The notes below the pieces were generated by a model. It was not told where the DNA came from, searched no databases, and saw only the letters and a list, made by a program, of their open reading frames with translations. A DNA stretch of 64,000 bases from Ylistrum balloti (taxonomy: Eukaryota), in NCBI RefSeq assembly GCF_031769215.1, contig NW_026781935.1, positions 1 to 64,000 of the forward strand, read 5' to 3'. The position numbers and the translations under genes are program-made. This document shows, piece after piece, positions 18,529 to 27,799 of this stretch (its first letter is position 1; each line of letters opens with the position of its first letter).

Positions 18529-19885
18529 GATCCCACTTTTTTAACATTTGAATTTCCTCTATGATAAATTCGACGAGCTTTCTATCCTTTTCACAAAGCA
18601 TGGTGAATTCTTTAAGTTTTTTCTTTGCTTCATCAATTCCCTTTAGGCATTTATTCACTTCTTCAGCGGTGAGGCGATAGATAGGAATTTCAGACAGCCA
18701 TTCATAGTGCCTAAATTGATGTTCTTTGAGGTTTTCTTCGAGCATTTTTTTACTCTTGATTGAAACAACTTTTTGATTCCACTTTTCTTTGATGAAACGG
18801 ATCAATTCATTTAGTTTATCAATTTTCTCTTTTTCAACACCAGCTAATCTTTGAAACCGTTTGATAAGGTGGATTTTACGGATGTTGCAAAATTCTTTAA
18901 TGACTTCCTCAGTGGACATTTTTTTAAGTTTCCCTTGGGAATTGATAACGTTCTGCTCCACCATTTCTTTATTCACTTTATTGAATAATTGTTGAAGTTT
19001 TGGTTGGGTTATTTTCTCACCACGTTTAAAAATCAGTTGAATCTTAAAACGATCTTTAGAGAGATCAAGGTAGTTACGAATTTCTTCTTTTTCTTTCATA
19101 AGTTCGTCTAAATAGGTGATGGTTTTCTCTCGATTCCATCCTTGAGGTGCATCCGTTAAAAACCACTGATGATTTTCTTGGCTAAAGCCAAATCCTGTGT
19201 TTAAAAAAAATTGTCCTTCTTCATTCTTTTGATAGTTTTGATAACCCTTAAATCCTTTATACCAAGGGGATATGGGTGGAATAGATTTTTTTTTCAAGGC
19301 TTGAGTCATGGCATCAACGACATCAGATAATTTATGGGACATGATATTGGATCGAAATCCAGTTGCAATGCCTCGAACCGAATTTAGTAGGATGAGAGGA
19401 ATTTTAGGCACAAAGTAAATTGGTTCTTTTGAAGTTTCATCATAATTACTTTCATAGTCGATGTCGGGAGTGGATTCAAACAAGCCGATGTCTTTGGCAA
19501 AGGCAGAAATTTTTACTTCAGTGTAGCGGGGGGAGGCAATGGCTTTGGCGTCAAGAATGTCTCCGAAAGTGCCAGATCCACTGATCAAGGGATAATTGTT
19601 GGTAAAGGGAAAGTCTTGAACCATTTGGCTAATGGCATCCTCAATAGAGGCATTACCATGTGGATGGTAGGCCATGACCATGCCGGCAACTTTCACTGTT
19701 TTAGTGAAATGTTCTCTAATCGGAGAGCTATAAATAGTCCACAAAATCCTTCTTTGTACCGGTTTAAGTCCATCAATCATATTGGGAATGGCACGAGAAT
19801 CGCAAACATACCTTGAATACCTTTTTTGATCTAAACTGATTTGATCGCTTAAATCTACTTTTTTTATTTTTTCTGCCATTTTCAC
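18521..19885 (-). CDS. Type IIA DNA topoisomerase subunit A without C-terminal pinwheel
   Basis: RAIPNMIDGLKPVQRR, YHPHG, catalytic ASPRY, GIATG, PWYKGFKG, IPIYRLT; only 454 aa. Confidence 0.93.
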   Translation of the reverse strand: MKMAEKIKKVDLSDQISLDQKRYSRYVCDSRAIPNMIDGLKPVQRRILWTIYSSPIREHFTKTVKVAGMVMAYHPHGNASIEDAISQMVQDFPFTNNYPLISGSGTFGDILDAKAIASPRYTEVKISAFAKDIGLFESTPDIDYESNYDETSKEPIYFVPKIPLILLNSVRGIATGFRSNIMSHKLSDVVDAMTQALKKKSIPPISPWYKGFKGYQNYQKNEEGQFFLNTGFGFSQENHQWFLTDAPQGWNREKTITYLDELMKEKEEIRNYLDLSKDRFKIQLIFKRGEKITQPKLQQLFNKVNKEMVEQNVINSQGKLKKMSTEEVIKEFCNIRKIHLIKRFQRLAGVEKEKIDKLNELIRFIKEKWNQKVVSIKSKKMLEENLKEHQFRHYEWLSEIPIYRLTAEEVNKCLKGIDEAKKKLKEFTMLCEKDRKLVEFIIEEIQMLKKWDHE

Positions 19886-19966
19886 TGCTTAGGTAAATTA
19901 ATAATAGTAAAGTGCGTAAAATCTAATGTCGAACCTTATGAGATTTGAGATGCACAGGAGTTTTTT

Positions 19967-20494
19967 CTAAGATGAATAGGCTTTAGATAATTGATAATAC
20001 TTTTCTGCCCATTTTTCATGTTCAATTACAATATTTTCGGATAAAGTTTTGATTTTTTTAGCTGGAATTCCAGCCATTAGAGACATGGGGGGAATTTCCT
20101 CATTTTCTTTCACAAGAGCACCTGCTGCGATTACCGACCCCCTTCCGATCCTACATCCAGTGAGAAGAATGGCACCAATGCCAATTAAGGACTTTTCTTC
20201 TATACGGCAACCATGGAGATTGACATGGTGACCTACGGTAACCATTCTCCCGATAACACATGGATGATGATTAGTGACATGAATAACACAACTATCTTGA
20301 ATATTAGTGTATTCATCAATTTCAATGTAATTAACATCTCCTCTTAAAACGGCATTAAACCAAATGGACACTCCCTTCGATAATCTTAAATCACCAACGA
20401 GGCGTGCTCCTTCGGCTACAAAAACATGGGAATGCTTTTTGATATTGAATGGTTGGGTTTGGAGGTGTTTTGGAATCTGAAATTTGTCGGTCAA
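19967..20494 (-). CDS. Gamma-carbonic anhydrase family protein (YrdA/PaaY-like)
   Basis: Hexapeptide repeats; SIWFNAVLRGD, TNIQDSCVIH, VTVGHHVNLHGC metal-binding histidines. Confidence 0.92.
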   Translation of the reverse strand: MTDKFQIPKHLQTQPFNIKKHSHVFVAEGARLVGDLRLSKGVSIWFNAVLRGDVNYIEIDEYTNIQDSCVIHVTNHHPCVIGRMVTVGHHVNLHGCRIEEKSLIGIGAILLTGCRIGRGSVIAAGALVKENEEIPPMSLMAGIPAKKIKTLSENIVIEHEKWAEKYYQLSKAYSS

Positions 20495-20497
20495 TTT

Positions 20498-20669
20498 AAA
20501 AAAAATTACTGTTTGGTAAGGGACTCCAAATGAATATTAAGGTTCACTGAGATCCCCCATCGCGGTGTATTCCTATCCTTACTTTCAACATTAGTAGTTA
20601 CTCGAAGTAAGAAATGCATGTCTAATAGAAGATTCTAAATGGTTGTAGGGGGTTTCTTCGCCATAGTTC
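20498..20669 (-). ncRNA. Candidate structured RNA of about 170 nt, possibly 6S (ssrS)
   Basis: Extended -10 TGATAGAAT at 20676-20684, nested stems, TGAACC..TTCA hairpin near the 3' end, U8 tract at 20498-20505; no ORF in the interval; family not confirmed. Confidence 0.45.
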
Positions 20670-20727
20670 TGTTTTATTCTATCATATTTTGAAAGGAGTT
20701 GTATTGTATTCCAGAATATGGGATTGT

Positions 20728-21612
20728 TCAAGATTTAGAAACGGCTTTTCGGTAATACTCCCTCATTTGAGATAAATCAGGGTAAAGAGATGTCCATGTC
20801 TGTAACTGAAGACGAGCTTGTCCCAAAAACATATTAAGTCCGGTAATAGTAGAAGCTCCCCTCTCTTGAGCTTGCCTTAACAATTTTGTTTTTTCGGGTT
20901 TGTAGACAATGTCGTATACGATCATTTGAGAATGAATGTTGTTATTCAATAAAGGGCTTTCATTAGTATTTGGTTCCATACCGACAGAGGTGGTATGAAG
21001 AACAATGTCGATACCTTCCATGGGATAAGGTGATTGAAGCTGGCTTAGGGGAAGGTAGTTAATCTCTATGTTGGACCTCATCCTTTGTGCCTGCTCAATT
21101 AAATCAACAGCTTTTTTTTCATTGCGAGCACTCAATGTGATCTTGCCTTGGAATAACTTTTCTTTTACCAAACTTATGAGAATTCCTCGTGCTGCTCCCC
21201 CGCTACCTATTAACAAGAAGTTCTTTGTATGCCAATGGTTTCTATGATCTCCTTTGAGAAGGTAAAACTCATCCAATCCAAGAAGTGCTCCATAGCCATC
21301 GAAGTTATAACCTATCAATGTGCCTTCACGGTTTTCAATAGTGTTAATACACCCTAAAGCTTGAGCTAAGGGATCCACCTTATCGAGGAATGGAAGGGCT
21401 TTCTCTTTAAAAGGAATAGTCACTGAAAAACCTTGAATGTTTAAATTGCGCATAGAAGAAATGAGTTTTTCTATGTGAGGATTGTCGAAAGCAAGATAGA
21501 CATTGTTTAGATTGTGAGATTGGAAAATTTGATTGAATAGCGATGGTGAAAGAGAATGCTTCACAGGATGACCAATGACACCATAGAGTTTTGTTTGCGT
21601 ATTGAAATGCAT
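20728..21612 (-). CDS. aroE: Shikimate dehydrogenase
   Basis: GHPVKHSLSP, SVTIPFKE, INTI, GYNFDGYG, GSGGAAR, DIVYKP, GLNMFLGQA. Confidence 0.96.
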   Translation of the reverse strand: MHFNTQTKLYGVIGHPVKHSLSPSLFNQIFQSHNLNNVYLAFDNPHIEKLISSMRNLNIQGFSVTIPFKEKALPFLDKVDPLAQALGCINTIENREGTLIGYNFDGYGALLGLDEFYLLKGDHRNHWHTKNFLLIGSGGAARGILISLVKEKLFQGKITLSARNEKKAVDLIEQAQRMRSNIEINYLPLSQLQSPYPMEGIDIVLHTTSVGMEPNTNESPLLNNNIHSQMIVYDIVYKPEKTKLLRQAQERGASTITGLNMFLGQARLQLQTWTSLYPDLSQMREYYRKAVSKS

Positions 21613-22371
21613 CTATGAATGGCTTTTTAGTTCGAATTTTTTCTGTGTTTTTAATTTTTCTCTAAAGAAGTCTGGTAGTGGAATTTTTAGAGAAAGTACT
21701 TGTCCTGTGATAGGTTGCATTAGTTCAAGAAAATAGGCACAAAGAAACAAAGAAGGGTATTTTTGTTCATCATTGTTTTTTGGTGTCAAATTTTTATGAG
21801 ACCTACTGTTGTCGTAGAAGGTGTCGCCTATGATGGGGTAGCCAAATTTCGCTAATTGTAGACGAATCTGATGGGTGCGACCTGTGAAAATTTCAATATC
21901 CAGCAAAGTAGCATCTTGATAATAGGCAAGGGGATGAGCTAGTGTCTCTGCCCTCCTTGCTTTGTCGGGAGAATGCGGAGAATTTATTAATTCGGAGTTG
22001 ACTACTTTCATCCTAGTGCGTTTATTTGGGTCTCTAGTTAAGTAATTGATTAGTAGTTTTTCAGATTGGAAAAAATGACCATGAACTAATGCCTGATATT
22101 TCTTGACAACTTTTCTTTGTTTAAAAATAGCTTGCAATTCTTTGAGTGCTTTAGGATTCTTGGCGAGGATCACTAATCCAGATGTATCTCGATCAAGGCG
22201 GTGAACTAAGCCCTGTTTGATGTCTTCATTGTCAAAATCCATTTTTTCACTGAAAATTTCCACTAAGTTTTCTACGAAGTGTCCAGGGTGATTCCTGTGG
22301 CTATAAATACCTGCTGGCTTATTGACTACTAGTAAGTCTTTATCTTCAAAAACGGTTACAAGTTGGTTCAA
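21613..22371 (-). CDS. RluA/RluD-family pseudouridine synthase (no S4 domain)
   Basis: VVNKPAG, catalytic VHRLDRDTSG, TGRTHQIR, PIIGDTFY. Confidence 0.95.
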   Translation of the reverse strand: MNQLVTVFEDKDLLVVNKPAGIYSHRNHPGHFVENLVEIFSEKMDFDNEDIKQGLVHRLDRDTSGLVILAKNPKALKELQAIFKQRKVVKKYQALVHGHFFQSEKLLINYLTRDPNKRTRMKVVNSELINSPHSPDKARRAETLAHPLAYYQDATLLDIEIFTGRTHQIRLQLAKFGYPIIGDTFYDNSRSHKNLTPKNNDEQKYPSLFLCAYFLELMQPITGQVLSLKIPLPDFFREKLKTQKKFELKSHS

Positions 22372-22398
22372 GGTATTAGTTTATGAATGAAATTCAAA

Positions 22399-22989
22399 TC
22401 AGTGGAAATTGTGATTGATTAAATTCAAGTTAAAACGGTTTCCTTTCATGGCTTGTTTTTCTTTCTCCCATACCTTGGGGTCGTGGATTCTCTCAAGTAA
22501 GTCGTTGACCACAATGATGATTGGCCACAGTATTCCATTGGTCCATTTGAAAAGATAAAATGGATCGGCAACAGCAGAGGGATAGTTGTCGTGGTTATAT
22601 GAGAAATTGGAAACTCGTAGGTCTCCTCCTCGGGCTCCCTCAAAGAAAGCTGAAATCAAAGATATATCTCTAAATCGTTGGACTAAGAAGTCTGTCCACA
22701 AGATAGAAAAGGGAATGGAAATAAAAAAAAGAATATCCGCACGCCTTAGAGGGTGAACGGAAGTGGTTCTTTCATAAAACTCCATGGGTGAGGGATCCGT
22801 GTTTGTAGATCCGAAAAAAACTTCACTAGTTTCTGTCACGATTGTGGCTTGTGCATTGCCTTGGGCTTCTTTCAAGTTAGCAACTTCTTCAACTTCTTGG
22901 GCATAAAGTGGAGGGACTGCAAATAAGAAAAAAAAAAGCAAGGTTGGCTTCCAAACCCTGTAAGAAAAGTCAAAGAACAGTTTTTTCAA
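22399..22989 (-). CDS. Hypothetical exported/membrane protein
   Basis: Signal peptide (PPLYA-Q); LRRADILFFISIPF segment recalls a small conserved spirochete membrane-protein family (from memory, unverified). Confidence 0.6.
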   Translation of the reverse strand: MKKLFFDFSYRVWKPTLLFFFLFAVPPLYAQEVEEVANLKEAQGNAQATIVTETSEVFFGSTNTDPSPMEFYERTTSVHPLRRADILFFISIPFSILWTDFLVQRFRDISLISAFFEGARGGDLRVSNFSYNHDNYPSAVADPFYLFKWTNGILWPIIIVVNDLLERIHDPKVWEKEKQAMKGNRFNLNLINHNFH

Positions 22990-23018
22990 TCTAATATTAT
23001 ACTATCTAATAACAGTAA

Positions 23019-23027
23019 TGATAGAAT
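23019..23027 (+). promoter_or_regulatory. Extended -10 promoter element
   Basis: TGATAGAAT ending 9 nt before the ATG at 23037. Confidence 0.5.
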
Positions 23028-23036
23028 TATTTGAAT

Positions 23037-24359
23037 ATGGCTACCATTTTAATTGTTGATGATGAAAAGAATATCCGAGAAGGTCTTAATCAGTCTTTAA
23101 TGAGCAATGGTTTCAAAACCCTGATGGCTAACAACGGTCAAGATGGTCTTTTCATGATTATGAATGAATCGGTGGATTTAGCCATTCTAGACATTCAGAT
23201 GCCGAAAACCAATGGCATTGATTTATTTAAAAAAATCATTACACTTGAAAAGGACATCCCTGTTATTTTCATCACGGGTCATGGCAGTGTAGAACTTGCT
23301 GTCGATGCCATGCGTTTAGGGGCCTATGATTTCATCACCAAGCCGATTAATCTAGAGAAATTAGAACTCATTGTCCAAAGAGCACTTAAGCAAAAGAATA
23401 TTGAAAAAGAGAATCAAACTTTAATTGTCAAGCTGAATGCCTATGAAATGCACAAAAGCATCATCGGTGAATCGAAGGCGATCAAGCATTTAACAGGGGT
23501 GATTGAACGGGTGGCACCTTCAAAGGCGAATGTCTACATTTGCGGAGAAAGTGGAACTGGCAAGGAATTGGTTTGTGACGCCATTCACTCAATTTCTGGC
23601 AGAAATCAACCTTTAGTCAAAGTCAACTGTGCAGCACTCTCACCCACTCTGCTGGAAAGTGAACTTTTCGGGCATGTCAAGGGAGCTTTTACAGGCGCCG
23701 ATAGCCACAAAGTTGGTAGATTTGAGCAAGCTAATCACGGAATACTTTTTCTTGATGAAATTAGTGAGGTGCCTACGAATATTCAAGTTAAACTCCTTCG
23801 AGTACTCCAAGAAAAAGAAATTGAGAGGGTTGGAAGTGGACAACCTATTCCTTTGGATATACGTATTATTTCGGCATCTAATAAAGACCTTAAAAAGGAA
23901 GTGGAAAAAGGAAATTTTCGTGAGGACTTTTTTTATCGCCTGAATGTCATTGACATCTATGTCCCCCCGCTTCGTGAAAGGGAGAAAGATGTCATACTTT
24001 TAGCAAGCCATTTTTTTAAGACTTTTTGCAAAGCCAATAAAAAACACTTGGATGTTACACCTCAGTTTTTTTCAGCTTTGGATAATTATCATTGGCCAGG
24101 GAACATCCGTCAACTTTCAAATGTAATTGAAAAAGTTGTTGTCCTCAACCAAACCGGCAAAGTCACGATTAAAGACCTCCCTGCCGAGATCAAAAAGGAC
24201 ATTAAGGTTAAAGAGACTATTGAAATCACACTTGGACAAACTCTTGAAGAAATAGAAAAAAAAGTAATTGATGAAACGATTCGTTATTGCAATGGAAATA
24301 AAAGCGAAGCAGCTAAGGTCTTAGGTATTGGTAGGAAGACACTTTATAGAAACAGTTAA
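23037..24359 (+). CDS. Sigma54-dependent response regulator (NtrC/AtoC/Rrp2 family)
   Basis: Receiver (ILIVDDE, DIQMP, KP), AAA+ GESGTGKE, ESELFGHVKGAFTGA, LFLDEI, C-terminal Fis-type HTH. Confidence 0.97.
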   Translation: MATILIVDDEKNIREGLNQSLMSNGFKTLMANNGQDGLFMIMNESVDLAILDIQMPKTNGIDLFKKIITLEKDIPVIFITGHGSVELAVDAMRLGAYDFITKPINLEKLELIVQRALKQKNIEKENQTLIVKLNAYEMHKSIIGESKAIKHLTGVIERVAPSKANVYICGESGTGKELVCDAIHSISGRNQPLVKVNCAALSPTLLESELFGHVKGAFTGADSHKVGRFEQANHGILFLDEISEVPTNIQVKLLRVLQEKEIERVGSGQPIPLDIRIISASNKDLKKEVEKGNFREDFFYRLNVIDIYVPPLREREKDVILLASHFFKTFCKANKKHLDVTPQFFSALDNYHWPGNIRQLSNVIEKVVVLNQTGKVTIKDLPAEIKKDIKVKETIEITLGQTLEEIEKKVIDETIRYCNGNKSEAAKVLGIGRKTLYRNS

Positions 24360-24476
24360 TAAGAAATATAATAAAACTCTGCATTGATTAAGTGCAATAA
24401 CTTTAACTCTAAAGCTTTCTTCATAGAGAATTTGTTTGATGATATTTTGAATTGCAGATTGAGAAATGCTCATCTT

Positions 24477-25391
24477 CTATTGTTTTTCTTCAATAAGAAT
24501 AGATAATTTCATTATACCAATATCTCTGAAATGTACTGTTGGTATTGTTTGACCATTTACAACTAGTTTAGGTAACTCTTCAGTCCAAGGCAAAACATAG
24601 CTGTATATATAATTTGGTTTATTTAAATTTAAATCAGAAAAAGGGAAATCTATAACTACTTCATCAGGATCTCTCATTGAGCTTGTTTTTGAGGGAACTG
24701 GATATGGTTTTTCATTGATTTTAAGATAAAAATTTTCAGATTGACCTTCTCTAATGCCTCCATGAAACGACTTTAGTAAAATTTTTGCACGAAGTTGACT
24801 ATTATTTACATCAATTCCATTACGAGCCATTTCAGCTTCTAAGGTAAAGTACTTCGCGAAACCAATAGCTACGTACCTATTGTAATAATTACCTTCAAGT
24901 TCCTCACTTGCTATCAAAGCAGTTGCTCCTAGATCGACAAATTGAGATGTTCCCTTATACTTTAATACTAATTCTTCATAACGGCTTTCACCAATATCAA
25001 CTGCAAATATATATTTATATGCACTATAATCATACTTTAATATTACTTCCGAAATACTGTCTACTAATCGCTGTCCAATTTGAGTAGGTCCTCCCAAATC
25101 TGCTATGAAATCACGATTTAGCTTGTAAAAAAATGCAAGTCCATTTTTAGGTTGAGGGTAAATCTCTGTCATCTCTATCAATAAAGGATTGTAAGGAGTT
25201 CCCCATGTATTTGGAAAAATATTATCTCCTAAATGAACTTTATTGTTATTTAATATATCTATATATGCTTTTTTTGGCGAAGGACAAATTTTTATTATAA
25301 TATCATTGGAAGAAATCAAAGTAAAAATACCTGTAATTATTGAAGAAAATATTACGAATCCACCTGCTATTAATATATTTTCTAGTATCAC
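24477..25391 (-). CDS. Hypothetical protein with an N-terminal membrane anchor
   Basis: 304-aa ORF with one hydrophobic N-terminal helix; no recognised motif. Confidence 0.65.
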   Translation of the reverse strand: MILENILIAGGFVIFSSIITGIFTLISSNDIIIKICPSPKKAYIDILNNNKVHLGDNIFPNTWGTPYNPLLIEMTEIYPQPKNGLAFFYKLNRDFIADLGGPTQIGQRLVDSISEVILKYDYSAYKYIFAVDIGESRYEELVLKYKGTSQFVDLGATALIASEELEGNYYNRYVAIGFAKYFTLEAEMARNGIDVNNSQLRAKILLKSFHGGIREGQSENFYLKINEKPYPVPSKTSSMRDPDEVVIDFPFSDLNLNKPNYIYSYVLPWTEELPKLVVNGQTIPTVHFRDIGIMKLSILIEEKQ

Positions 25392-25486
25392 GTTTGATTT
25401 TCATATTTTTAGTATATTTACTTACTATCTATATATATATATAATAGTGTAAGTATAAAAACATGATAAATTTATGGTTTTTATAA

Positions 25487-25739
25487 AATACTGTTTTTAA
25501 TAATGATGATTACAGTAATTACTAGTTGCAAAAAAAACACTAAAATATAGTTAAAAACACTAGTTTTTATAAAAAGCAACAAAAAATTTTGAGAAAAACG
25601 AAATAATATTCGAAAAATATACTAAAATTATAGTAAATTTATAGTTTTTATATAAAAGGCATTTAAAAAATGAAAAAAGTATCAATATTTACTTTAATAC
25701 TGTTTTTAATAATGATGATTGCAGTAATTACTAGTTGCA
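25487..25739 (+). repeat. 44-bp direct repeat (25487-25530 and 25696-25739, one mismatch)
   Basis: AATACTGTTTTTAATAATGATGATT[A/G]CAGTAATTACTAGTTGCA occurs twice; the second copy encodes the chitinase signal peptide and lipobox. Confidence 0.9.
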
Positions 25740-27598
25740 GCCAAACACTATTAGATGATGGTACAGTGGAATTAGGGACACAGGTTGGTCAGCCACCAGA
25801 ATTAACACTGGTTGCTCAGCAAAGTTATTCTTCTGTTGAATCCTTTTCATCGTCTGGTAGCTCACTTGCAACTCTAGAAGTGTCTACATCTGCCGTAGAA
25901 GAGTATCAGAGTAGAATGACAGATCGTGATGGCAAGGGACAGGATGTTACTAAAGAAATAATTGCTGCGAATAAACCAGCTGAATGGAATAGTAACACAA
26001 CATATGACAAACCAGGAAATAAAGTTTTTTATTCAGACGGATCGGGTAGTCGTGGTGTCTTTATTAATGCTTGGTGGTCATCCGGTGATGCTCCAACCTT
26101 TCCCGAAAGCGGACCATGGAAATTGCTTGCTGAAACTGATGTCAATGGTAATAAATTAGATAGCATTCCCATTCGGGGTTGGAATGAAGCCATTGCCTAT
26201 ACAGCGGGAGCGTATGTTAAGCATAATAATAAATGTTATAGGGCAAAGTATTGGAGTAGAGGTAATGAACCGCCAGACCCATATCCAAACAATGCATGGG
26301 AAACTCCCTGGTCTACCAACAGTAGTTGTGCAGATGTTAATCAAGCAGTGCGAGAAGTCAATGATGTGGTAAGGCATATTGATAAAATTGATGAGGATAG
26401 TGTTGATAGAAATAATGGAGATGACGGTAAGAAAAAAACAGTTGTTAATCCACCAGCTATTCCTGCTCCACCAGAACCGAATATTATTCGGGGACCAGCG
26501 ATTGACAATATTCCTACCGTTTTGCCTGCTACTGGGTATGAGTTTTTGAGGGAAATTGATCTTAATGATTGGGATTGGTTTTTCCCACTTCGAAGTGGAA
26601 AATATGTTGAAAATGGGGGTATAAGAAATAAACCTCCTTATGCGATGACTGACGGAAGTAAAGATGTTTTTTCACTAAACAACTTTCTTAACGCAGTGCT
26701 TCTTTATAACACTTGGGCTTCGAATAATCAGTACCCTCAGTTTTTAAATGAAGGATCCAAAAAGTTACAAGCAGAAGAGTTCGTGGCTTTCTTTGCCAAG
26801 TCGGCACGAGAAACATCAGGATCCTGGGTGGGTGCCACACCTCCGTGGGCTGAAGAGGAAGTAGGTGTAGGAAATGTTTGGAAAGGTGCACTTTATTGGG
26901 TGGAAGAAGTAGGACATTCTACTGATAGCAGTGGGATAAGCCCTTCTCAACAATATGTCGATAGAGCATCATCTTTTATTCCAGCCACAGGTCGTTCTTA
27001 CTACGGAAGAGGTCCTATTCAGTTGTCCTGGAACTATAACTATGGAGCCTATTCCCAGTGGTTATATAACAATAGATTTTTTCCCGACAGAATCACTGCA
27101 GAAAACATTTTGCTTCTTAGACCAGACTATGTTGCTACAGACGGAGAAATTTCATTGATGTCGGCAATTTGGTTTTGGATGACGGCTCAAGGCCCTAAAC
27201 CGTCTTCTCATGATGTGATGTTGGGGAATATTACAAATGTTTCCACTTCTACGCAAGATCGAGGGTTACCTCAACGAAAAGATGGTGGAATAATTCCTGT
27301 TGCTCAAGGAGAAACTACTGATGAATCAGTTATTGCGGCTCGAATAGGGACTATTATAGATATTGTCAATGGTGGTTTAGAATGCAACGGACAGGCTTCA
27401 TGGCATCCAGGCCCACCCCAGAGAGTATCTTACTACAATGCTTATGGAAAATATTTGAATAATGAAAAAGGTGCTGGTATTACAATCATTTCACAGATAG
27501 GCAATGATGGCTTGTGGGGTGATAATGTCGATGATAGTTCTCATGAAAATATTAAACTTTCGACTTGTTATGCATTTAAAGCATATTACGGTTGGTAA
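25670..27598 (+). CDS. GH19 chitinase lipoprotein with two CBM5/12 (ChtBD3-like) modules
   Basis: Lipobox ITSC; aromatic CBM repeats (EWNSNTTY...NAWW; WNEAIAY...YRAKYW); Pro-rich linker; GH19 ARETSG, WVEE, YYGRGPIQLSWNYNYG, SAIWFWM, IVNGGLEC. Confidence 0.92.
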   Translation: MKKVSIFTLILFLIMMIAVITSCSQTLLDDGTVELGTQVGQPPELTLVAQQSYSSVESFSSSGSSLATLEVSTSAVEEYQSRMTDRDGKGQDVTKEIIAANKPAEWNSNTTYDKPGNKVFYSDGSGSRGVFINAWWSSGDAPTFPESGPWKLLAETDVNGNKLDSIPIRGWNEAIAYTAGAYVKHNNKCYRAKYWSRGNEPPDPYPNNAWETPWSTNSSCADVNQAVREVNDVVRHIDKIDEDSVDRNNGDDGKKKTVVNPPAIPAPPEPNIIRGPAIDNIPTVLPATGYEFLREIDLNDWDWFFPLRSGKYVENGGIRNKPPYAMTDGSKDVFSLNNFLNAVLLYNTWASNNQYPQFLNEGSKKLQAEEFVAFFAKSARETSGSWVGATPPWAEEEVGVGNVWKGALYWVEEVGHSTDSSGISPSQQYVDRASSFIPATGRSYYGRGPIQLSWNYNYGAYSQWLYNNRFFPDRITAENILLLRPDYVATDGEISLMSAIWFWMTAQGPKPSSHDVMLGNITNVSTSTQDRGLPQRKDGGIIPVAQGETTDESVIAARIGTIIDIVNGGLECNGQASWHPGPPQRVSYYNAYGKYLNNEKGAGITIISQIGNDGLWGDNVDDSSHENIKLSTCYAFKAYYGW

Positions 27599-27617
27599 TC
27601 AATAGTTTTAAATAATA

Positions 27618-27659
27618 AATAAGTGCATAGATCCTGATTTCAGGTTTTATGTACTTATT
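27618..27659 (+). terminator. Terminator hairpin after the chitinase gene
   Basis: AATAAGTGCATAGATCCTGA-tt-TCAGGTTTTATGTACTTATT inverted repeat with G:U pairs. Confidence 0.7.
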
Positions 27660-27799
27660 ATTCTCTAAACTCTACTTTTTTCAGTTCATTAAATTTTCAC
27701 TGATTTCACTAATACTTCCCTAATAGAATTAAATATCTTACAATTATCCGTAATTTATAATATAATTTTAAGATTCTTTTACTTTAACTAGTATGTACC

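Noticed and set aside
20540-20580. TPP riboswitch-like CTGAGAT
   Set aside because: The remaining TPP core (CCTGATC...GCGTAGGGA) is absent and no thiamine gene is adjacent
23037-24359. Sigma54 promoter or cognate kinase near the activator
   Set aside because: No intergenic TGGCAC-N5-TTGC element and no histidine kinase found in the window
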